From Octopus sinensis (Eukaryota): a stretch of 16,263 nucleotides of DNA. Below are positions 1 to 7,927 of the stretch, in pieces. Location of the stretch: assembly GCF_006345805.1 (NCBI RefSeq), contig NW_021825111.1, positions 1-16,263 of the forward strand, given 5' to 3'. The translations under genes and the position numbers were made by a program. Under the pieces are notes generated by a model. The model was given only the letters and a program-made list of their open reading frames with translations, was not told the origin of the DNA and searched no databases. The first letter of the stretch is position 1, and the number at the start of each line of letters is the position of its first letter.

Positions 1-874
1 CTCTTAGTGATGAAGATAGCTCACAACACCTTTGAGCGAACAGCCATGGCTCGATCGAAATGGAGATCGTTGTGAAAAATGGTATTAAAAGGCGGCGAGC
101 TGGCAGAATCGTTAGCGCACCGGGCGAAATGCTTAGCGATATTTCGTCTGCCGCTACGCTCTGAGTTCAAATTCCGTCGAGGTCGACTTTGCCTTCCATC
201 CTTTCGGGGTCGATAAATTAAGTACCAGTTACGCACTGGGGTTGATGTAATCGACTTAATACCTATGTCTGTCCTTGTTTGTCCCCTCTATGTTTAGCCC
301 CTTGTGATAATAAAGAAATAGGTATTTCGTCTGCCGCTACGTTCTGAGTTCAAATTCCGTCGAGGTCGACTTTGCCTTCCATCCTTTCCGGATCGATTAA
401 ATAAGTACCAGTTACGCACTGGGGTCGATATTATCGACTTAATCCGTCTGTCTGTCTGTCCTTGTTTGTCCCATCTGTGTTTAGCCCCTTGTGGGTAGTA
501 AAGAAATAGGTATTTCGTCAGCTACTACGTTCTGAGTTCAAATTCCGCAGAGGTCGACTTTGCCTTTCATCCTTTCGGGGTCGATTAAATAAGTACCAGT
601 TACGCACTGGGGTCGATATTATCGACTTAATCCGTCTGTCTGTCCTTGTTTGTCCTCTCTGTGTTTAGCCCCTTGTGGGTAGTAAAGAAATAAGTATCAA
701 AAGCTTTGTTGCGACCAGCATTAACCGGCTCCGGATGCAAGGCAAAGGAGAAAAGCGGCTACAAATGTTCTACCTACACTGACCTGTAATCTTCAAACTT
801 GCAACATCTGTGGCCTACTTTGCAAATCGTTGGTGGGACTTAAATGTGACATTCAATATAAATACTACGACTGA
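1..874 (+). pseudogene. RTE-clade LINE ORF C-terminus, degenerate, interrupted by the SINE array at 91-692
   Basis: 1-72 reads LLVMKIAHNTFERTAMARSKWRSL, then a frameshift to KNGIK. After the insertion it resumes as (IK)SFVATSINRL, then a frameshift to DARQRRKAATNVLPTLTCNLQTCNICGLLCKSLVGLKCDIQYKYYD* (stop 872-874). This fits the RTE C-terminal pattern WExxAxDRxxWR...RRK...CxxCGxxCxSxxGLxSH. Confidence 0.8.
91..692 (+). mobile_element. tRNA-derived SINE (here family A): head plus three tandem units (138-320, 321-508, 509-692)
   Basis: A-box-like TGGCAGAATCG in the head; B-box-like GAGTTCAAATTCC in each unit. Units of 183, 188 and 184 bp end in AAAGAAATA. Imperfect TSD ggtattaaaa (81-90) / agtatcaaaa (693-702). 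Confidence 0.9.
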
Positions 875-880
875 CAAAGA

Positions 881-1051
881 AAGAGTAGGCTGTCGGAGCC
901 TCATAGGTCGAAACCGACGGAAGAGTCCATCACATTTAAATTTAATAACATAAGAAAATGGAGTGTTAAAGAGTAGGCTGCCGGAGCCTCAAACGTCGAA
1001 ACCGACGGGAGAGTCCATCATAGTTAAAATTAAAATTATAAGAAAATGGAG
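881..1051 (+). repeat. 88-bp tandem duplication, probably the RTE 3' UTR
   Basis: aagagtaggctg(t/c)cggagcctca...gtcgaaaccgacgg(a/g)agagtccatca...taagaaaatggag starts at 881 and at 969, directly after the RTE stop codon. Confidence 0.7.
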
Positions 1052-1337
1052 AGATAAATATGTGTATTTAATTTATTTGCGTCAAAGTTTGTTTTTAAGA
1101 TATAAATTTAATTTCCCATAATTGTATTCAGTAGTATTACAAAATAGATAAATTTATTATAAATAAATAATATAAATTTTAACAATTATATTAATAATTC
1201 AGTTATTGTATTAACTCCCAATAAGATATTTGAATATAACATTCCGTTGGCTTTTACTTTGACTAAACACGAATCACTGACGTAATACACATACTACTTA
1301 TTACATAGATACGTAATATGCATTTTCTAGGAACATA

Positions 1338-2224
1338 TGTTTCTTTATTAGCCACACAGGGCTGCACACAGACAGGACAAAATTACGAGGTAGAGCTTTT
1401 CTTTCGGGGGTAAAAGAAGGGGGTTTGGTTTTCGATCAAAAGGGATCGTAAATGGAAAGAAAGAGGACAAAATAAGGGGGGATATAATAAAAAAAAGGTG
1501 GGGGGAAGAGAACTGATAGATAGAGATTCTTAGATTTCTATATATTCTAACTAATATAAAATATGGATTATTATATTATTAGCTCCGCTTTCGCCAAGCG
1601 GAGGTATTCTTTTCAATTGTGTTTGTTTGTTTATATAACATATTCGGCAGTAGAACCTTTTTCTTTTGCCCTTGTTTTATAAGTTATTTATAAATTTAAC
1701 CTTTAAAAGGTATTTTTTAACATGCTGGCCATTTGATAAAATTTTTTTCGAAAAATTTCATCCTATATTAGATGTAAATTTAATAGCGTTCATTTCTGGA
1801 TACTCTCACTCTGTGAAAGTTTCTGGTTCGAATCGCACGTGTCTCGAGATGTGCTGGAGAATTTCTATTTTGGATATATTTGGGGTACTTAGGTCTGCTC
1901 ATGACTTAGTGCTTGCTTCTTCCATTTCATTTATGTCTTACGTATTTATCGCTGACGAGGAGAACATTCTTATGAATTAACTCTGAAATTGCAACCAATA
2001 CAGTAATAACGGAATTTTTTTAAAATTTCTGTCGGCTTGTTTCGAGACGCATGTTAATAGTGATAAATTATAATGGTTATTGGCAATTTGTCTATTTTCG
2101 GCATATTTCGCATTAGAACTTTTTTCTTTGCCCTTGTTTTATAAGTTATTTATAATTTAACCTTTAAAGGCATTTTTTAATATGCTGGCCATTGATAATG
2201 TTTTAGAAAAATTTTATCCTATAT
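1338..2224 (-). mobile_element. Degenerate retroelement relic, possibly Penelope-like, with ~125-bp direct repeats (1639-1768, 2102-2224)
   Basis: The direct repeats are visible in the sequence. The minus frame 1871-1758, KIEILQHISRHVRFEPETFTE*EYPEMNAIKFTSNIG*, loosely resembles a GIY-YIG C-terminus and stops inside the repeat. The clade assignment is weak. Confidence 0.4.
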
Positions 2225-2290
2225 ATATATATATATAATATATAGTATTATATATATAATATATATATATAAATATATATATATAAATAC
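2219..2290. repeat. (TA)n-rich microsatellite
   Basis: Interrupted TA dinucleotide run. Confidence 0.9.
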
Positions 2291-2603
2291 AAAATGGGAC
2301 AAGAACGCAAAACACTCAAGGAGACGACACAATATATATAAGATAATATGCACACTCACTGTATACATGGTATATAGGTCTAAGAATGTATATATATATA
2401 ACTTGAATAATATTAACGGATCGAATATTCAAATTTGAGTAGATACTAACACGTAAACACATATATAAACGATCAAATTTGATGAGATATGATTCGATGA
2501 GCACATATACATGGATATATACTAGAATCTACTTACAACCCATTGAAAATTCTTATATCATTATAACGGTTTATTTACCATTTATTAATCATAGTGTAAT
2601 TAA

Positions 2604-2821
2604 AGCGGCGAGGTGGCAGAATCGTTAGCACGCTGGACGAAATGCTTAGCGGTATTTCGCCCGTAACTCCATTCTGAGCTCAAATTCCGCCGAGATCAAC
2701 TTTGCCTTTCATCCTTTCAAGGTCGATGAATTAAGTACCAGTGAAATACTGAGGCCGACATAATCGGCTTGTCCCCTTCTCCAAAATTGCAGGCCTTGTG
2801 CCTTTAGTAGGAATGATTATT
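2604..2821 (+). mobile_element. SINE family A monomer with alternative 3' tail
   Basis: Head gcggcgaggtggcagaatcg and body gcctttcatcctttcaaggtcgat; tail aaattgcaggccttgtgcc. TSD tcatagtgtaatt (2589-2601) / tcattgtgtaatt (2821-2833). Confidence 0.88.
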
Positions 2822-3165
2822 CATTGTGTAATTTCCTAATTTATTTTACTTTAATTTAAATTTAGTTCTTAATTTATTTTTATTTTTATTACATTATTAT
2901 TTTCCGATAAAGTTATAACAGTATTTTAGATATTCATAATCAAATATATATTTTTAAATTAATATATTGTTTTTTTATTTTACTTAATTTGATATTTTTT
3001 TTACAAAACATATATTTCTTTTCCAAATACATACACATTATATATATATATGTATATGAAATAACATCTCAAACTCCTTTAGTTATGAATTTGAATTCTT
3101 GTCATTATTGAATTATGTTGATTTACATAAGTAAATGGTTCAAGAGAAGCTATTATCATTAAAAC

Positions 3166-3281
3166 AAAAACCCTGATGAGATTCTACCCCTTACAACTAC
3201 AATTCTTAACATTCGATTAAACCCAAATGTTTTGAATAAAGTATTACCAAGGGACTAGAATCGAAGCATATGTAGGTTTTT
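3166..3281 (+). ncRNA. Type I hammerhead ribozyme motif (Penelope-like), one core substitution
   Basis: Helix I aaaaacc (3166-3172) / ggttttt (3275-3281); CTGATGA at 3173-3179; helix II gattcta (3180-3186) / tagaatc (3256-3262); GAA at 3263-3265; helix III gCATATGt; predicted cleavage after GUA (A3274). Position 15.1 is G instead of A. Confidence 0.75.
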
Positions 3282-3509
3282 GAGTCTTCTATGATGTTTC
3301 TAAAAAATAAATTTATCCGTATTTATATCTAAAAAACAAACTATGATGCAAATAAATCAAATACACCTATTTATTTCTTCATTTTCTTATATTATTAAAT
3401 TTAACTACTATAATCGATAACACTGCGTAGAAATTTACTTCTAACATGATGGAGATTAAACCAATTAAGTTTTGGATTTATTAAGCTCTAATGAGGATAC
3501 AATAACCTT

Positions 3510-3513
<4 letters not shown>

Positions 3514-3543
<30 letters not shown>
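3514..3543. repeat. (TA)n microsatellite
   Basis: Pure TA run. Confidence 0.95.
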
Positions 3544-3545
<2 letters not shown>

Positions 3546-3643
3546 ATAATAATATAGGGTGAAATTAATTAATTTGGAATAATCATCAATTTCACCAAGT
3601 AGAGTTCGGCATGTAAAAGCCCCATTCAAGGAAGGTTTAAGTA

Positions 3644-3806
3644 ATACTAAGTAATTAAGGGTTTAGCAACGATTTGAAGAAGAAGAAGAAGAAGAAAAAG
3701 AAGAAGAAGAGGAGAGAGAAAGAAAGAATATGCCAAAACTCTTTCACTGCTATTTCTAAATTCGGTGTGTGGTGAGGCAAATCGTTGCTAAACCCTTAAT
3801 TACTTA

Positions 3807-3810
<4 letters not shown>
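3644..3810. repeat. 33-bp perfect inverted repeat enclosing a (GAA)n-containing spacer
   Basis: atactaagtaattaagggtttagcaacgatttg (3644-3676) is the reverse complement of 3778-3810. Confidence 0.9.
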
Positions 3811-3850
<40 letters not shown>

Positions 3851-3856
3851 TGTGTG

Positions 3857-3908
<52 letters not shown>
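3809..3908. repeat. Compound (TA)n(TG)n microsatellite
   Basis: TA run followed by TG run; source of the 3804-4202 ORF's low-complexity end. Confidence 0.95.
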
Positions 3909-3910
<2 letters not shown>

Positions 3911-3911
3911 C

Positions 3912-4604
3912 ACAGTGAGGATGAGTGCTGAGCACCGAACCGAGTACCAATACTTCAGTGTGACAAGCTTGAACAATTGTGAAGATCAATTCGCATAAAA
4001 CAATTGGTTGCCATGAGCAAAACACAAGTTTACAAGTGGTTTCCATGCTTAAGGAATGGTCACTTGAAGACCAATCTCGTTCAAGACTACCGTTGACCTC
4101 CCAAACGAATGAAAAATTCATGAACTGATCTTGGAGGGCAGTCATCATACAATTGATGAACTTGCTGATATGACTGGTGTGTCTTGGAGTTCCTGCCAAC
4201 ACATTTTGAGCGAGGAATTACGAATGAAAAGAGTTATGTCAAAATTTGTGCCTCGTTTGCTCACGGAAGATCAAAAGCAGTCACGACTGAATACGTGTCG
4301 TGAATTGAAAAAAATAGCTGGAAGTTGATCCGGATCTATTCTCAAAAGTCATCACTGGTGACGAAAACTGCTGCTACAGAATTTGCAGATGTGGAAGAAA
4401 GAGGAAGAAGAACAACGATGGAGGCGTTAAAAGGCATCACTTGGCAAGAGTTCCAGCTCTGCTTCGAATAGTGGAAAACGTGTCTGGACTGATGCATTGC
4501 TTCAAATGGAGAATATTTTGAAGGTTATAAAAGGCTAAACATGTAAAACTAAGTGAATAAAATATTATTGCAAAATTACGGTTTTTCGCGGGTACTCATT
4601 CGTA
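3912..4604 (+). mobile_element. Mariner (Tc1/mariner) transposon relic, internally deleted, right TIR retained
   Basis: MSKTQVYKWF (from 4013); TIDELADMTGVSWSSCQHILSEELRMKRVMSKFVPRLLTEDQKQSR (ORF 4131-4328); DPDLFSKVITGDE (first catalytic D, 4360-4362); then a jump to FADVEE...EALKGITWQEFQLCFE*WK..LD*CIASNGEYFEG. The end reads ttacggtttttcgcgggtactcattcg followed by TA (4603-4604). Confidence 0.9.
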
Positions 4605-4974
4605 CCGCTGTGACAAGCTAGAATATGTAAATTAACACAGGTAATTGTCACGTGACGCATCGAATCAGCCATTGCCAGTTTGTGGGGGCTTCAAAAATAG
4701 ATTTCCACGTAATTTGGGGACATTGGGAAAGCTAACAAAATGCAAGTGTGTTTTGTCATTATTGAATTACGTTGATTTACATAAGTAAATGGTTCAAGGG
4801 AAGGTATTATGTCTTTCTATATCTCCTATTATGCCATTTGTCGAGCCTATCGGAATGTATTTAAGGGACAAATTTGATTATCATTAGGTGTAGCCGGCAT
4901 AATAGTATAGGAACTTTTTATATGCATATTCAAAATGTTTCCCGTGAACGAACGTAAAGGATATATATATATAT

Positions 4975-5046
4975 ATAAATGAAAGAATGGAGTTGAACGA
5001 CGAATTATTTTGTTAATTCAGCGTTCAACTCCATTCTTTCATTTAT
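4975..5046. repeat. 25-bp perfect inverted repeat (foldback)
   Basis: ataaatgaaagaatggagttgaacg (4975-4999) / cgttcaactccattctttcatttat (5022-5046). Confidence 0.9.
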
Positions 5047-5199
5047 TTGCATTTAAAAAACACACAAATTTCCACACGATAGCACGGGATCTCTGCCCTA
5101 GGCATGTAGCTTCAACCGTGTTTTTCTGACGTGAATTTGCTCCCCAGGTATCGGTTAACCGAATTATCCCTAATAAGATAATTCATTCAACTACTCAAT

Positions 5200-5203
<4 letters not shown>

Positions 5204-5250
<47 letters not shown>
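5204..5250. repeat. (TA)n microsatellite
   Basis: Pure TA run. Confidence 0.95.
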
Positions 5251-5254
<4 letters not shown>

Positions 5255-5533
5255 CTATTTTCCCGTCGGGGGTTTATATGCCCTAATAATAGACTCTTTT
5301 CCAAAGTCAATATACGATGAAATTTTATGATTATAGTCACAATATATAAATGTTTACACACACACAAACAACCACGTAAATATACGAAGATCTGACACGC
5401 CCATCCATGAATAAATATGTACGTGTGTATGTATGTATCTACACACACATATATACCTAGACATATAGATATATATGTGTGTATATATATATGTGTGTGT
5501 ATATATATATTATATATATATATATAATATAAA

Positions 5534-5630
5534 TAATTTATTTTATAGAAGGAGCTTCTACAGGACTAGAACTGTTTCATTCAAATGAACAGTTCTAGTC
5601 CTGTAGAAGCTCCTTCTATAAAATAAATTA
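5534..5630. repeat. 43-bp perfect inverted repeat with 11-nt spacer
   Basis: taatttattttatagaaggagcttctacaggactagaactgtt (5534-5576) / aacagttctagtcctgtagaagctccttctataaaataaatta (5588-5630). Confidence 0.92.
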
Positions 5631-5694
5631 ATTTACTCTGCTATGTATTGAGTACCTTATTTACTGTGGTTAACCCCGACTCAACCCGGGACTT

Positions 5695-6000
5695 ACATAT
5701 ATATATAATATAAATAATATATATATGTATATATGCATATATATACATACTTACATCTATACGTATATATATATATATATATATGCATATGTGGGCACAA
5801 TATACATATATATATATACATTCACACACATACGTATATATATTCAAACACACACACACACACACATACACGTAAATATACGAAAATCTGTTTGACTATC
5901 CATGAGTTAATATATACGTGTATATGCACATATATCTACACATCTACATACCTTAATATATAGATGCATATATTGACACACGTACACACACATCTACACA
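5695..6000. repeat. Degenerate TA/CA low-complexity tract
   Basis: Mixed (TA)n, (CA)n and TACA motifs. Confidence 0.85.
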
Positions 6001-6241
6001 CATGTGCAGGTTGTTCACACTTGTTCATTTCCATGTCCTAAAGTCGGCGATCGCACCGCGGCACCGCCTCCAACCATCTGCGATGTCACCGATTATTGGC
6101 ACCGAGTGCAATTAATTCCTGTTGCTGTCTTTAGTTCTTCATTTCGTAACTGATTCCTGTATCTTTGTTATTAATTAAAACATCAACTAATTATCGCTCG
6201 TAATGGCGAAGCAGGTCTTGTGTGGATGGAATCACGCGGAA

Positions 6242-6958
6242 AGTGGTGACGGTGGTGGTGGTGGTGGTGGTGTGGTTGTTGTGATCGTTGCTGTTGTTGT
6301 TGTTGTTGTTGTGGTGGTGGTGGTGGTGATGTTGGCGGCGGCGGCGGTAGAGGTGTGTAAATGAATCCTCTACGTGTTGAGTGTCAGAGAGTGATGAAAA
6401 TGTTCAATGGACACATCGTTGATGAATGAATGGATGAATGGATGAATGATGATGATGATGAGGATGATGAGGATGATGATGATGAGGATGATGAGGATGA
6501 TGATGATGAGGAGGATGATGCTGATGATGATGAGGATGATGATGATGAGGAGGAGGAGGATGATGATAATGAGGATGATGATGATGATAACGATGATGGT
6601 GGTGGTGGTGGTGGTGGTGGTGCTAGTGATCATGATCATAATCATGATTATGGTAATGGTGATGATTATGATGATGACGATTATGATGGTGCTGCTGCTG
6701 CTGCTGATGGTTATGACTATGATTATACGTCATAATAGCAGCAAAGACGACGACGACGATGATGATGTTGAGAATGATGATGATGATTATGATGAACAAA
6801 GATGACGATGATGATGGCGGTGATGATGACAGCAGGAGGGATAATCGTGGAGGTGGAGGTGGTGGTGATGATGATGATGATGATGATGTCGACGGTATTA
6901 GTGGTGGTGATAGCGGTGGTGGTGGTGGTGCTGAGGACGACGGCGATGATGATGATTA
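6242..6958. repeat. Compound trinucleotide microsatellite field (GGT, GTT, GGC, GAT, GAG, GCT, GAC)
   Basis: Successive triplet runs generating poly-D/E/G/M ORFs in several frames at once. Confidence 0.9.
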
Positions 6959-7070
6959 AACACGAAAGTGTCCTGAATGTCACAACTTGCTCCGCGTCAC
7001 ACCGAGAACCACTGAAGTATGAAGAACAATGACATCCGTCAACCTTTCATCGAGGAAAACATTTACTCAC

Positions 7071-7460
7071 CCTCCTCCTCTTCTTCTCCCCCTCCTCTTC
7101 TTCTTCTTCTTCTCCCTCCTCCTCTTCTTCTTCTTTCTCCTCCTCTTCTTCTTCTTCTTCTTCTTCTCCTCCTTCTTCTTTCTCTTCCACCTCCTCCCCT
7201 CTACCTCCTCTTCTTCTTTCTCCTCCTCTACTTCTTCTTCTCTCTCCTCTTCTCCTTATTCTTCTTTCTTTTCCACCTCCTCCCCTCCACCTCCTCTTCC
7301 TCTTTCTCCTCCTCCTCTACTTCTTCTTCTTCTTCTTCCTTCTTCTCCTCCTCTACTTCTTCTTCTTTCTCCTCCTCCTCTTCTTCTTCTTCTTTCTCCT
7401 CCTCCTCCTCCTCCTCCTCTACTTCTTCTTCTTCTTCCTCCTTCTCCTCCTCCTCCTCTT
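7071..7460. repeat. (CCT/CTT)n polypyrimidine tract
   Basis: About 390 nt almost entirely C/T triplets. Confidence 0.93.
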
Positions 7461-7927
7461 CCCAGTCTCACGGCTGGTTTCATAATTCCTTTGTCTAACG
7501 CTGTTGACATTTGTTCAATGACAGAAACAACTTAAATCTCGCTGACCCCAGCAATGTAGTATTGGTGTAACATAGTGGTAGTAGTAGTGGTGGTGGTGGC
7601 GGTGTGGTCAGTAATTGGTGGAGTGTACCTGTGTGCGTGTGGAAGGGGCTCTCCATTGGTCAAGGCTTACAATGCTTCTGCACATCAATGGTCAGACCCG
7701 GGCCTGATACATTTTTCATATGATCAAGACTGGTAGTTACCCATAAGTCTAAGTATTCCCTCTCCGCGCCAGTTGCGGCTTATCGAGAGGGAAGGCCACC
7801 AGCTTAGGCCGATATATTTTGGCACCAATGCTGCCGCGAAGAAATGGATCAAATACCACAAGGCATCTTGCCCAATTCTGTAAGACTTATGCAAATCCAC
7901 CTTGTCAGTTGCATATTTCCATATGCA

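Noticed and set aside
21-236. SINE-derived ORFs (21-236, 7844-8149, 8537-8809, 12125-12415, 14641-14862, 15733-15984 and others)
   Set aside because: They are translations of repeated non-coding SINE sequence that recur in each copy.
138-692. Regular ~185-bp repeats as a CRISPR array or retrozyme
   Set aside because: There are no unique spacers, the context is eukaryotic, and no hammerhead core was found in the unit on either strand.
889-932. ctgtcgga-gcct-cat-aggt-cgaaac...gtc as a hammerhead
   Set aside because: The CUGANGA core is not matched and helices I and III do not pair; better explained as an RTE 3' UTR stem-loop.
1666-1980. 104-aa plus-strand ORF
   Set aside because: It has a non-ATG start and no recognisable motif, and lies within a decayed repeat whose coding relic appears to be on the minus strand.
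1945-2002. Second hammerhead-like string CTGACGA-ggag...ctct-GAAA-ttgcaa
   Set aside because: It has C instead of U at position 16.1 and no helix I pairing adjacent to the core; probably chance.
7061-7075. Minus-strand GTGAGT splice donor
   Set aside because: The implied upstream exon would be almost entirely GAG/GAA repeat with a poor acceptor.
6370-7535. Long poly-D/E/M/S/L/P ORFs (6430-6735, 6446-6805, 7019-7498, 7029-7535 and others)
   Set aside because: They are stop-free only because of triplet repeats, occur in several overlapping frames and strands, and have no recognisable domain.
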